Below, in pieces: positions 10,301 to 19,422 of a stretch of DNA of 64,000 nucleotides. The stretch comes from a virus. How positions within the stretch are numbered: the first letter of the stretch is position 1; every line of letters starts with the position of its first letter. Both the position numbers and the translations under genes were made by a program. Below the pieces are notes generated by a model that did not search any database, was not told the DNA's origin, and saw nothing but the letters and a program-made list of their open reading frames with translations. The stretch covers positions 11,985 to 75,984 of IMG/VR virus record IMGVR_UViG_3300035145_002419. One strand, 5' to 3'.

Positions 10301-13300
10301 TTTACAGATTAATAATGATTTTGATAACACTTTGTTCTATAAATTGGATAATATTAATGAAGATCTTATTTCTTCAGTGAAGAAGGAAATACTAATTGAT
10401 ACTGATGTTCATTCTGCAAATAAAATAACATTAATCGATAGTCGGTATAGTGGAAATCATAGAATAACTGGAATTGGTTCAACCACATTTACTTTTGATC
10501 TTTCCGATTATCCGGAAAAAGATTCCTACAATAAATTAAATTCAAATATCTTTTATGATACTAAATCTTTATCATCTTTTGGTTCAATATCTTCTGTTGA
10601 AATTGTAAGCAAAGGAAGTAAGTATGAAGTCATACCTGGTATTTCAACAATTAAATCTGATTACGGATCAGGTGCAATATTACAAGCTGAAAGTAAATCA
10701 ATCGGTAGAATTGCTAAGAAAACTCTTAGTAATATTGGATTTGATTATCCATCAGATCCAACAATGTCACCGACACTTAATTTGCCTGAAATAATTAAGG
10801 TTGAGTCATTAACTTCTTTTAATTCTATTGGAATTACTTCTTCTGGAAAGAATTACTTAGTTGCACCAGATCTTATTGTGATCGATGGATTTACTGGAAA
10901 AGTTATTACTGATCTTGATCTTAAGTATGAACTTGGAAGCACTGAAGTTGATATTAGGAAGAATACTTTTGGAATGTATAATGTAGAACCAGCAATATAT
11001 CCTATTAATAATACTAATGGTGTTGGTATAAGTTCAATAACCACAGATTATACAACTAAGGATGTAGTCATAGGAATAGCTACGGTATTCAGTGACAATT
11101 TCCCCTTTAGAGTTGGAGATGATATTTTAATCGAAAATACTAGTGTAGGTCCAAACAGCACTGGTAGGGGTTACAATTCCTCTGATTATGATTATAATTT
11201 ATTCAAAGTAACGGCGATTAATCCTGCTTTTGGTAGTAATGTTGCTACTATAACTTTTAATTTGAAAGAATACTTCGGTGCAACTGAGATGCCTGGAGTT
11301 TTTGATGCAGCAGCTTCTTCTGGAAGAGTTATCAGAAAAGGCGATTTTCCACTGTTTACATCAAAACTTAAAAAGAATAATTTTATTGAAGGAGAAAACG
11401 TATTTACTGAATCTGGCTCAGGTAAAGTTGAGAAATGGAATAGTAAAACAGAATACATTAAAATTTCTACTGACAAAGACCTAGCAGTAGGTGAAACTAT
11501 AATAGGACAAACTTCAGGCACAAGAGCTGTAGTATCTAAAAAAATTGATTTTGATTCTTACATCAAAGTAAGTCCTAGTACGAAAGTCAATAAAGGTTGG
11601 ATCTATGACGCTGGAATGTTAAATGATAGTGTGCAGAGAATATCTGATAATGATTATTATCAACAGTTCTCATATGCACTAAAATCAAGAGTTCCTATTC
11701 AAACATGGGATGATCCAGTACAATCACTTAATCATACAACAGGTTTCTTAAAATTCTCAGATCTATTAATAGAATCAAAAGAAGATGGGCAAGGAACTGC
11801 AATAATCAATCCAAATGATGCATCAATTGATGTAACTGTAGATCTTGTTGGAACTGGCAATTTAAATTGTGTACATACTTTTGATTTAGCATCGGAAAAT
11901 TCTGTACAAATCGCAAATGGTACATTTTCCAATGAAATCAAGTTTGACAATAGAGTTCTTACTGATTATTTTGAGTCTGTAGGAAATAGAGTTCTTACTA
12001 TTGACGATTTTAGTGATTTATTCAGTCATGTACCAAGAGCGACCAAATACAGTATTGTAGAAGAGTTTTTGTTATCTACTGCAAGAGTTAAAAAATATTT
12101 CACCTTTATACGGGATAAGAGATTTACTGGTGAAAGACAGATGATGGCAGTATCACTTCTTCATGATAATGATTATGGTTTTTTAAATCAATATGGAAGA
12201 GTAGAATCTGCTATTGATCTTGGTTCTTTTGATTTCTCTATTTTTGAATCTCTGGGTCAGTTAAGATTCTATCCAAATAAGTTTACTGTTAATGATTATG
12301 ATATTTCTACAGTATCTTTTAATATTGCAGATAATATTGGTATCACTACGAATGTTTCTTTGGGTGACATTGTAAAAATTGAGTCTGATCGAGGAATAAT
12401 ACCTCAAGGAGGAACAGGACCAACAAATGTTGTCAGTATTGCATCTACTTATCGTGCATCTAAGGTTCTTGTTCAAATAGGCGGAACAGATGGTTCATAT
12501 TATGAGTTTGATGAAATTAATTTGCTTCATGACGGAACAAATGTTGATATTATTGAATATGGTCAATTAACGGATAACTCAATTTTTAGTGCATTTGGTA
12601 TAGCTGGTCTCGGTACATACATTCCACGTATCGTTGGAAATAATGTGATGATTGATTATCAACTTAATTCGCCAATAAATGCAGATTTAGAGATTAATGC
12701 TATAGCAGTCTCTATTGCAAGCACTCAATCTGTTGGTGTTGGAACTGATGTATTAACAACTGCAGAAGTGAAATCTGGATATGTTTCTATCGCATCTTCA
12801 TCTTCTCCAGTCGAAACAGTTGTATCAGAATATCTAAGCAATCACTCTTCAGCATATTATGTTGTTAGCGTTGAAGATACTACTAATAATGATTATGAAA
12901 TGTTTGAGGTAGTAGTTGTAGATGATGGATCAACAGCATATTTTACTGAATTTGCAAATATAAGCACTAATGGTACTTTGGGTCAAATTGGTGCAAAAGT
13001 AACCGGAAATGCTACACAGTTAACTTATACTGCAAATCCAAATATTGATGTTGAAGTAAGAGTTTTCCAAAATGCATTAGGTCTTGTCAAAACTGGTGTT
13101 ACTAAGGAAACAATTGATGTTTCAAACGCAACTATAACAACACCCGGTGAGAATGGTTTATATGAAGGAACTTCTAAGTCAGTTAGAAAACAATTTGATC
13201 TCACCCACAATCAAGATCCTATTTTCTTAAGATATTTTGCAGGAGATTCTACCAGTACAATTAATATTGATGACAATAGTATTTTCCTTCCAAATCATTT

Positions 13301-16300
13301 CTTCACAAGTGGCGAAGAGTTAGTTTATACTCATGCTGGTGCTGGGACAACAATGGCGATTGGAATTGGTTCAACATCAATTCCTGGCATTGGAAATACT
13401 GATAAACTCCCAACAACAGTTTTTGTTCACAAAGTAAATGAGAGTAAAATTAAACTGTCACCAACTGCAGAAGATGCTTTAAAACGAAGACCAAATACAT
13501 TAGAATTTACTTCTGTTGGTATTGGAACTTCCCATAGATTCCTTGCTAGAAATCAAAATTCTAAAGTATTATTAGCAATTGACAATTACATTCAATCGCC
13601 AATTGTTGCAACTTCCGTAACTACTTCACTATCTAAAAATATTTCAAGTGGAGACACTAGAATTGAATTTACTGGGATTACCTCTTTCTTTGGGGGTGAT
13701 TTAATTCAAGTTAATAATGAAATAATGAAGATCAGTGTTGTTGGTTTTGGCAGCACTAATTCTATTCTTGTTCAAAGACCTTGGATGGGAACTGGATTGA
13801 CAACTCATTCCTCAGGAGACGTTGTTACTCGTATCGAAGGTAATTATAACATTGTAGATAGTACAGTACACTTTGTTGATGCACCTTATGGAAAGGATCC
13901 TGTCAGTTCTGATTCTAACCCACCATTAGAAAGAGATTGGGTTGGAATTACTACAAATTCTAAATTCCAAGGAAGAACTTTCTTAAGAAGTGGTGTTCAA
14001 GGGTCCAGTAATGAAACTTATGAAGACAATTATATCTTTGATGATATTTCTGGTGAATTTGATGGTGTCCAAAAGAATTTTAGAATCACTGCAGAAAAAC
14101 AAGATGTAGCAGGATTTTCTACAGACTTTGGTATTGTTCTTATAAATGGAATTTTCCAAGGTCCACCATCACAAGATGAAAAAGAACAAGATTATACTTT
14201 TATTGATAATGCAGGAATATCTAGCATATCATTTACAGGAACTGCTACATCAGTAACATATGATGTTAACAATGCAAATATTCCTGTAGGTGGTGTAATT
14301 GTTTCTGTTGCATCAACTCAAGGATTTGGTTTCCAACCGTTAGTTTCTGCTGGCGGAACAGCGGTAGTTTCTGCTGCTGGTACAATTAGTGCAATAGGTA
14401 TTGGTAATAGTGGTTCTGGGTATAGAGCAGGAATTCAAACAGTTTCTGTTGGTATACAAATACCAGATCCTATTGGCACAACTATTATTCCAGTTGGTAT
14501 AGCTTCAATAGTGGATGGTAATGTAAATTCTGTTGCGATTACCACAGATAGAGTTTTCTATGCACCAAAAGACGTATCAAATGTAACTTATAACAATACA
14601 ACTGGTGTTACTACTATTACAACTTCTTCTAATCATGATTTACTTGCTGGAGATGAAGTTATTGTATCGGGAATTGCATTCACTTGTAATTATAGTGGAA
14701 CTGAAGCAGTAAATGTTTCTAATGCAATTTATGACAATGTGTCTGGGATAATGACAGTTACCACTGCATCCGCACATAATCTTTCAACTACAGGAAAAAA
14801 TAGTGATGTTATTTTGACTGGTCTAGGATTTACTTGCAATTTAGATAGCGGTGGATCTACTCATGTATACCCAAGAGTTACAGATCCTGCTTACTGTGGT
14901 TCCGAAGTTCTTAATGTTATTAGTTCTACAAAATTTGTAATCAATGCTGGTGTTTCAACTGTTCCAACTTTCTATCAATCGGGAGGAACAGCACAACCTG
15001 CTATTCTTGCACCAAGATCAAAAAATAATTCTGCAAGTGGAAATGATCCAGCAGTAGATGGTACTGTAGTCATAAGAGTTATCGATGATACTTCATTTGA
15101 AATTAATAGCGGAATATCTACAAGAGAGCATTTCTATGCAAGATGTGGTAAGATTAACAAACCACTGGATGTTGTGTTTGATGATCCTATTTCTTATACT
15201 AATATTCCACTAGTATACAGTTCTTCTTCCGTTCAAGGTGTAGGAAGAAATTCAACTGTGGATATTGTTGTTGGTCAAGGATCTAGTGTAGTAGATTTCA
15301 GTATTAAAAATACTGGGTATGCTTATGGTGTCGGTGAGATACTAACTGTTGATATTGGTGGTGCAACAGGAATACCTACTGATACAACAAAGTCATATTC
15401 AGAATTCCAATTAACAGTAGATAAAGTTTATAAAGACAATTTCTCTGGTTGGGTCATTGGAAAATTAGATCATCTGGATGATTTTAGTGAACAATTTGAT
15501 GGTGTAACCAGGTCTTTCCCACTTAAATTAAATGATCAATTTGTAAGTATTAGGGCAGCAAAAGGTTCTCTTATTGATGTTCAGGCAACTTTGATTGTAT
15601 TCATTAATGATATTTTACAAGTTCCTGGAGAATCTTATACCTTTGAAGGCGGCAGTATTTTAACATTCTCAGAAGCACCTGATGCTGGTGATAGTGTTAA
15701 AGTATTGTTCTATAAAGGAACTGGTGATGTTGATGTTGCTTTCAGAGATATTTTAGAAACTGTTAAGGTCGGTGATACATTACAACTTAAAAATGAACCC
15801 AAACTGGGACAAAATATTGGATTGAGAGAAGATGCTAGAGTTGTAACTGGAATTAATACAACAGATTCGGTCAATACTAATTTGTATAATGGACCAGGTA
15901 TTACTAACAATGATATTTTATTAAGACCTGTTGAATGGTGTAGGCAGACATCTGATAGAATTATTGATGGTGAAGTTGTAGGTAAGTCTAGAATTAAATA
16001 TGAACCACTTATCAATCCATCCGCATATGCAATTAGTTCCGTTGGAATTGGTTCAACTACTGTTTATCTTGACAATGTAAAACCATTCTTTAATCCACAA
16101 AATGAAAGTGATTTAAGATCTTTCCAAAATAAAGTTACATTTACTTCTCATGATAAAGTTAAAATAGCCGTTGTAGACGCTACAGTTTCCGCAGCAGGAA
16201 CGATAACTGCGATTACAATAGATGATGGTGGATTTGGATATGTTACTGCCCCCGAGGTAAGTATTTCAAATCCTGTAGGACTTGGCACTACCCACAGAGC

Positions 16301-17069
16301 ATATGCAACTGCGACAATTTCACCAGAAGGTGTTGTTGATTCTATTATTATTACTGATGGAGGATCTGGATATGATCCAGATGCTGTCGCAGGTTCAGCT
16401 ACTGCTCCAATAGTTTTAATTGAACCACCACCATTAAAAACTGAAGATGTAAATGTTGGAACTTTTAGTGGAGATTCTGGTGTAATAGTTGGATATGGTA
16501 TTACTGGTGAAGATCTGACACTTGATTTACATATACCAACAACTTCATATTTACGGGATGCTTCTATTTCAGGTCTCGCAAAAACAGTTAGTACTCTTGA
16601 TGTAAACGATTACTTCATTGTCTATAATTCAAATGTTGGATCTGCAAGCACTAGTTTTGAGTCTTTAAATAATGCTAATGGTATTATCGGTGTTTCTACA
16701 CAGTTTATTGATAGTGTCTACTTTGTTTCAAATGCTCAGGATGTTGCAGTTAATGTTCCTGGAATTGGAGCAACTACTGTTAGAAGAGTAACTATGAAAG
16801 TGGGTGTTGGTGCGTTTGGTGTTGATTTCAGTATTGATAGCGAATCATTTGATTCCAGTGTACTTGAATTTAGTTCTGCGACAACCAATCTTAATAGTGT
16901 TGGATTTACATCTTCATCCTTCTTCGGAAACTATAGTTGGGGTAAGATAGAGACTGCAGGTACTTTAAATTCTTACAATATTTACAATAACTCTGGTATT
17001 GGTGGAATAACAACTTCAGTCAATGTAAACCGCACAAGTCCACTTAAATATATTAACTACACAAGTTAA
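4314..17069 (+). CDS. gp7: giant baseplate wedge initiator (gp7-like, 4251 aa), multidomain with a YHYH-type segment
   Basis: QLPDFV..LVEFLKQYY and KDFYTSKGT..SFKILFRALY N-terminal motifs; DNDYYQQFSY..LNHTTG gp7-like motif; lies between gp6 and gp8. Confidence 0.8.
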   Translation: MSETRVKIQSVVQNQLPDFVAEESPLLVEFLKQYYISQEYTSGSSDIIQNIDEYIKLDNNYNTADSTTLLFDITSFDETITVVGGSFTDGFPDRYGIIKIDDEIITYTSKTNRTFEGCVRGFSGVESYHKDNHPEELVFASTDASSHKANAKITNLSSLFLKEFLTKIKRQFLPGFSDRKLSSGLNQNLFIKQSKDFYTSKGTDRSFKILFRALYGENVDIVKPKDYLFRPSDAGYRKTRDIVVEAISGDPISLLNNTLYQDEYEEYGVKTSYASITDVEKLQIRGKIFYQLSFDSDFNKDITLDGSIYGEFVTHPKTKIINEVILGSSVIDVDSTVGFPESGTLVYLDSSGDEVILTYDGKSVTQFYNVSGLQSNISPKTDVRLNIFAYGFSGNNGDKVTVRIGNVLDEIKILNDTYYFSKDDTAKIKTLGISRRTVRNSNWIDNIANNYLSKSIVEVDSASFIYDLELHVRHTFKAGDKFLATDDSGGSTICEVLDIKDSKTIVIQSVSPLDLDSILEISRFIRKVNSSIYPTLNENTADVQNTYTNYNDDVLVASNSLPFYRDQVLDPYDKKINISGNFNGELFTVTSNTDHGFYTGDRIYYSPFRESILDINTDEENVFTQSVSKFDTLDEGLYYVSRVDSTSFKLAKSPSNIVNNKFASVSGIVTSNTFSYYDFQGKTLQPQNIFREIKKPVDKSETYETNPGKVGILVNGVEVLNHKSSENIFYGQIDNIDVTASGTGYDVINPPSLSIEDSLGIGATGICAVTGSLERIEIIDPGFDYVNTPIINITGGNGNNAVAEVNMIDVDHISPFVTDDASKLNIFTNTIGFSTFHKFRDNEQVIYLSDGQTGVAGLTTDAKYYVSVIDALNIKLHKTEGDSISGINTITITDYGVGIHRFKSVEKKSIISNIIVSNSGEGYTNKQRTTTVSGINTAADTVNINSHGYSTGDEVKYSSSGLSVDGLTSDESYVIKKIDNDSFKIAQVGVGTIGKSFYLDSDQYINLKSVGSGVHSFNYPPIDVKVIGNIGISTLSGQDFSAKIQPIFRGSIDSVHLTANGSEYGSEEVINYNRQPNFALRSGKNAQLLVIVNTQGQIQEVLIVRGGSGYNSPPNLVINGKGKYAQLVPIIENGEIVKVIVKNGGVGYTSGTTVDVIASGQGARMFADIQKWTVNLFQKYFNTIKPDDGVISLSDRNDGGLQYCHLFAPRKLRQSLTAKSADSTNDVPDLVLKSIDDSNLFGVGDLKLANSEEVPSSDHSPIIGWAYDGNPIYGPYGYTTPKGGTARSMQSGYEPVSKPNRPNLTNFPQGFFIEDYEFKGSGDLDKHNGRFCVTPDYPNGVYAYFATISSGLVDTDGPFRGFKRPVFPYLIGNSFKSEPNSFNFKSSSNQKDYKLDKFEWLRNTSNYELKGSNSSYEYVYNPTEFEDQTVNIDNIRTGGVDSIGILTGGNNYRPLDSIIFDNGGSGGENAFARVSRVFGKSVNTISVGTTSFVNVEFANINNSGKVIGFTTLPHKFNNFDIANISGLNTSFSKIEGSYNLGIRTDNFITTLGINSVSVTGLTTYFYISGSLEFPNIKENDILGIGTQEKIKVLNIDKKSKRIRVLRQYNSTVGLAYSASTVLYEDPRKFVVNTGFKTDYSFQLNRELYFDPTEAVGVGTGTGVGIGTTISFSLPGIGATQVFVPAQSIYIPEHNVRTGDKIKYSTHGGSEITVSNGNINFALPQTQNLYATALDNNHIGISTVKVGLGTNGEYVGIGTGNAAGLLFFRDFGSGNNHSFTTLNSSIVGELSKNVVTVSTSSTHGLRSGNNIRLTNIPTDEQEVIVKYNDSNRRCTFGEITFTASDVNLFEDSIFIENHGLVKGEKVIYASATPVGGLISDEMYYVDVYTKDKIKLCATKIDLYLSIPNHVNMTSASGGTLSLVNPHLKVYKNKTIKFNLSDSSLSSSSGNTNYPAFELNFYRDINYLHKFDGTGKTRFFEVIKSDGKVGVDTSASTTLQINNDFDNTLFYKLDNINEDLISSVKKEILIDTDVHSANKITLIDSRYSGNHRITGIGSTTFTFDLSDYPEKDSYNKLNSNIFYDTKSLSSFGSISSVEIVSKGSKYEVIPGISTIKSDYGSGAILQAESKSIGRIAKKTLSNIGFDYPSDPTMSPTLNLPEIIKVESLTSFNSIGITSSGKNYLVAPDLIVIDGFTGKVITDLDLKYELGSTEVDIRKNTFGMYNVEPAIYPINNTNGVGISSITTDYTTKDVVIGIATVFSDNFPFRVGDDILIENTSVGPNSTGRGYNSSDYDYNLFKVTAINPAFGSNVATITFNLKEYFGATEMPGVFDAAASSGRVIRKGDFPLFTSKLKKNNFIEGENVFTESGSGKVEKWNSKTEYIKISTDKDLAVGETIIGQTSGTRAVVSKKIDFDSYIKVSPSTKVNKGWIYDAGMLNDSVQRISDNDYYQQFSYALKSRVPIQTWDDPVQSLNHTTGFLKFSDLLIESKEDGQGTAIINPNDASIDVTVDLVGTGNLNCVHTFDLASENSVQIANGTFSNEIKFDNRVLTDYFESVGNRVLTIDDFSDLFSHVPRATKYSIVEEFLLSTARVKKYFTFIRDKRFTGERQMMAVSLLHDNDYGFLNQYGRVESAIDLGSFDFSIFESLGQLRFYPNKFTVNDYDISTVSFNIADNIGITTNVSLGDIVKIESDRGIIPQGGTGPTNVVSIASTYRASKVLVQIGGTDGSYYEFDEINLLHDGTNVDIIEYGQLTDNSIFSAFGIAGLGTYIPRIVGNNVMIDYQLNSPINADLEINAIAVSIASTQSVGVGTDVLTTAEVKSGYVSIASSSSPVETVVSEYLSNHSSAYYVVSVEDTTNNDYEMFEVVVVDDGSTAYFTEFANISTNGTLGQIGAKVTGNATQLTYTANPNIDVEVRVFQNALGLVKTGVTKETIDVSNATITTPGENGLYEGTSKSVRKQFDLTHNQDPIFLRYFAGDSTSTINIDDNSIFLPNHFFTSGEELVYTHAGAGTTMAIGIGSTSIPGIGNTDKLPTTVFVHKVNESKIKLSPTAEDALKRRPNTLEFTSVGIGTSHRFLARNQNSKVLLAIDNYIQSPIVATSVTTSLSKNISSGDTRIEFTGITSFFGGDLIQVNNEIMKISVVGFGSTNSILVQRPWMGTGLTTHSSGDVVTRIEGNYNIVDSTVHFVDAPYGKDPVSSDSNPPLERDWVGITTNSKFQGRTFLRSGVQGSSNETYEDNYIFDDISGEFDGVQKNFRITAEKQDVAGFSTDFGIVLINGIFQGPPSQDEKEQDYTFIDNAGISSISFTGTATSVTYDVNNANIPVGGVIVSVASTQGFGFQPLVSAGGTAVVSAAGTISAIGIGNSGSGYRAGIQTVSVGIQIPDPIGTTIIPVGIASIVDGNVNSVAITTDRVFYAPKDVSNVTYNNTTGVTTITTSSNHDLLAGDEVIVSGIAFTCNYSGTEAVNVSNAIYDNVSGIMTVTTASAHNLSTTGKNSDVILTGLGFTCNLDSGGSTHVYPRVTDPAYCGSEVLNVISSTKFVINAGVSTVPTFYQSGGTAQPAILAPRSKNNSASGNDPAVDGTVVIRVIDDTSFEINSGISTREHFYARCGKINKPLDVVFDDPISYTNIPLVYSSSSVQGVGRNSTVDIVVGQGSSVVDFSIKNTGYAYGVGEILTVDIGGATGIPTDTTKSYSEFQLTVDKVYKDNFSGWVIGKLDHLDDFSEQFDGVTRSFPLKLNDQFVSIRAAKGSLIDVQATLIVFINDILQVPGESYTFEGGSILTFSEAPDAGDSVKVLFYKGTGDVDVAFRDILETVKVGDTLQLKNEPKLGQNIGLREDARVVTGINTTDSVNTNLYNGPGITNNDILLRPVEWCRQTSDRIIDGEVVGKSRIKYEPLINPSAYAISSVGIGSTTVYLDNVKPFFNPQNESDLRSFQNKVTFTSHDKVKIAVVDATVSAAGTITAITIDDGGFGYVTAPEVSISNPVGLGTTHRAYATATISPEGVVDSIIITDGGSGYDPDAVAGSATAPIVLIEPPPLKTEDVNVGTFSGDSGVIVGYGITGEDLTLDLHIPTTSYLRDASISGLAKTVSTLDVNDYFIVYNSNVGSASTSFESLNNANGIIGVSTQFIDSVYFVSNAQDVAVNVPGIGATTVRRVTMKVGVGAFGVDFSIDSESFDSSVLEFSSATTNLNSVGFTSSSFFGNYSWGKIETAGTLNSYNIYNNSGIGGITTSVNVNRTSPLKYINYTS

Positions 17070-17070
17070 T

Positions 17071-17078
17071 AATAAATA
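17071..17078 (+). promoter_or_regulatory. late promoter (AATAAATA)
   Basis: 19 nt upstream of ATG 17098. Confidence 0.7.
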
Positions 17079-17097
17079 AAAGAAAACTCGATCTACA

Positions 17098-19419
17098 ATG
17101 GCAAGAGTAGCGATAAGCACTGGTACAATCCCTAATGATGGAACAGGTGATAATTTACGCGCTGCCGGTGGTAAAATTAATTCAAACTTTGATGACCTAT
17201 ACAGTTTTCTGGGAGATGGAACTAATCTAACTCCCAGTTGGACTGTGAATTCTGTTGGTATCGTTACTACTGCTCATGTAGGTATCGGAACTACCAATCC
17301 AAGATTTCAACTAGAAATTGGTAAAGTTGGTTCAGCGACAACAACATTACATGTTGATGGTGATGTTAGAGTTACTGGAAACGTAGTTTCTGTTGATGGT
17401 CAACTAACCAGTGCAGTTGCAGGTCTTAGTACCACGGGGCACACAATTCTCAACACTGTCAATGCATCAGGTATTGTAACTGCAGCAAATGTATCTACTG
17501 GTGGTTCTGTAACTGCTGGATCATTTTATGGTGATGGGCAAAATTTAACTGGGGTATTAAAACAAGAATCTGATACTCTTTCTAGTGTAGTTGCTAGAGG
17601 TGCTTCTGCCGGGGCTGGTATTAATTTCGCTGCAAACCAACCGATTACTTTTGCTACAGCATCTAATAATAACTTCCAAATTTATGGAGCACCAGATCAA
17701 AAAGCATATATTACTCATGCCCAAAATGGTGGTGGAGGAGGTGCTGGAGATTTAGCTATTATTGCTAGAAGTGGACTCCACGTATACGGTGGAACTAACG
17801 ACACAGCAGCAAACTTAGGTCTTGAAGTTGTATCTGGATATACTAAACTTTATCATACAGGAGATTTAAAACTTCAAACCACTGATCCTGGTGTAAGCAT
17901 TTTTGGAACTACAGAAACACAACAATTAAGTGTCACTGGTGTTTCTACATTTACTGATGATGTATCATTTGATTCTACTGTATCGTTTGGTTCTAGCACA
18001 TCCGTATCATTTACTAATGGTATTAATGTAACGGGTGTTTCTACTTTCCAAAGTCATGTCAATCTTAGTGATAATGACCGATTAAGATTTGGTGATAGTA
18101 ATGATCTTGAGATTTATCACAGTGGATCTCAAAATGTAATTGCAACTGCAGATTCGTTAGTTGTTGATACTGGCAATTTACTTTTGTTAGATAGTAATAG
18201 CGGCGTAAACATTAGAAGTGGTACTGGAAATGAATCTGTAGCAACTTTTACTCCAGGTGGTTCCGTAGATCTTTTCTACAACAACTCCAAGAAATTTGAA
18301 ACCACTGGTGCTGGTGTAACTATTACTGGTGTATGTACAGCAACATCATTCTCAGGTGATGGTTCAGGATTGACGGGAATTACCGCATCTGGTTCTGGTG
18401 TTGTTGTACAGCATGATGGTTCAGTTGTAGGAACGGCTGGAACTATTAATTTTGGAACAAACTTAGATGTAACAGCGATTTCTGCTGGTATTGTAACTGT
18501 TACTGCATCTGGTGGTGGTGGAGGAGGAATTAATAATCTTGATGAAGACACCACACCACAACTTGGTGGAAACTTAGATCTTAATGGGTTTAATATAACT
18601 GGTTCTGGTACTATACCAGCACCAAATCTGACTGGTGCTCTGCCTGCCATTGATGGTTCTGCTCTGACAGGAATTGGAACAGCAAGCAGCACCGTCACTT
18701 GGACTTTAGGTGCAAATGGTTCAAGTCATTATACCTTTGCTGGAATTGGCATAACTGCTGATACAACTAATGATCCAACAATATTCCTCCAAAGAGGGGC
18801 AACATATGCATTTGTAAATAATTCTGGAGGATCACATCCATTTAGAATTCAGCACGAATATCAAAATACTGGTGGGCAAGCATATAATGTAGGAGTTACT
18901 AATAACGGAGCAAGTAATGGAACCATAACGTTCCAAGTTCCAATGAATGCCCCTAATAAACTTCATTATCAATGTACTTCCCATGTTGGGATGTCTGGAA
19001 CTATCTTTATATCACCAGAAAATAACATTCCTGTTGGGCAAAGAACAGTTATTTCCAAATCAACTGGTAGTGTTGGTGCAGGATCTTCTACGATTATGTT
19101 CTTTGATGGATTTAAGTCATATGGTCTTCTAAAAGTTGCAATTAATCACCCCGCCTGGATCACTTTATATGTTGATAGTGCTTCAAGAACATCTGATAAT
19201 GGAAGATCATATTTAACAGACCCAGATCCAGGTTCAGGTGTTATAGCAGAAGTTAGATCGACCACTTCAGGATCTAGCACTTTCTTAATGTCTCCTGGCG
19301 TTATTGGTTGGAATAATGATAGCACTCCAAGTGAAAAGATCTATGCAAGAGTTACAAATAATGATAACACAACAAGAGATATTACAGTTGATTTGACTGT
19401 AATCAAAATGGAGGGTTGA
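17098..19419 (+). CDS. baseplate-attached fibre protein with gp9/gp10-type N-terminus and a cupredoxin-like domain
   Basis: GTIPNDGTGDNLRAAGGKINSNFDDLY resembles the gp9/gp10 N-terminus; F-x-GDG-x-x-LTG and DTTPQLGGNLD fibre motifs; HPF...YQCTSHVGM. Confidence 0.75.
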   Translation: MARVAISTGTIPNDGTGDNLRAAGGKINSNFDDLYSFLGDGTNLTPSWTVNSVGIVTTAHVGIGTTNPRFQLEIGKVGSATTTLHVDGDVRVTGNVVSVDGQLTSAVAGLSTTGHTILNTVNASGIVTAANVSTGGSVTAGSFYGDGQNLTGVLKQESDTLSSVVARGASAGAGINFAANQPITFATASNNNFQIYGAPDQKAYITHAQNGGGGGAGDLAIIARSGLHVYGGTNDTAANLGLEVVSGYTKLYHTGDLKLQTTDPGVSIFGTTETQQLSVTGVSTFTDDVSFDSTVSFGSSTSVSFTNGINVTGVSTFQSHVNLSDNDRLRFGDSNDLEIYHSGSQNVIATADSLVVDTGNLLLLDSNSGVNIRSGTGNESVATFTPGGSVDLFYNNSKKFETTGAGVTITGVCTATSFSGDGSGLTGITASGSGVVVQHDGSVVGTAGTINFGTNLDVTAISAGIVTVTASGGGGGGINNLDEDTTPQLGGNLDLNGFNITGSGTIPAPNLTGALPAIDGSALTGIGTASSTVTWTLGANGSSHYTFAGIGITADTTNDPTIFLQRGATYAFVNNSGGSHPFRIQHEYQNTGGQAYNVGVTNNGASNGTITFQVPMNAPNKLHYQCTSHVGMSGTIFISPENNIPVGQRTVISKSTGSVGAGSSTIMFFDGFKSYGLLKVAINHPAWITLYVDSASRTSDNGRSYLTDPDPGSGVIAEVRSTTSGSSTFLMSPGVIGWNNDSTPSEKIYARVTNNDNTTRDITVDLTVIKMEG

Positions 19420-19422
19420 TAG

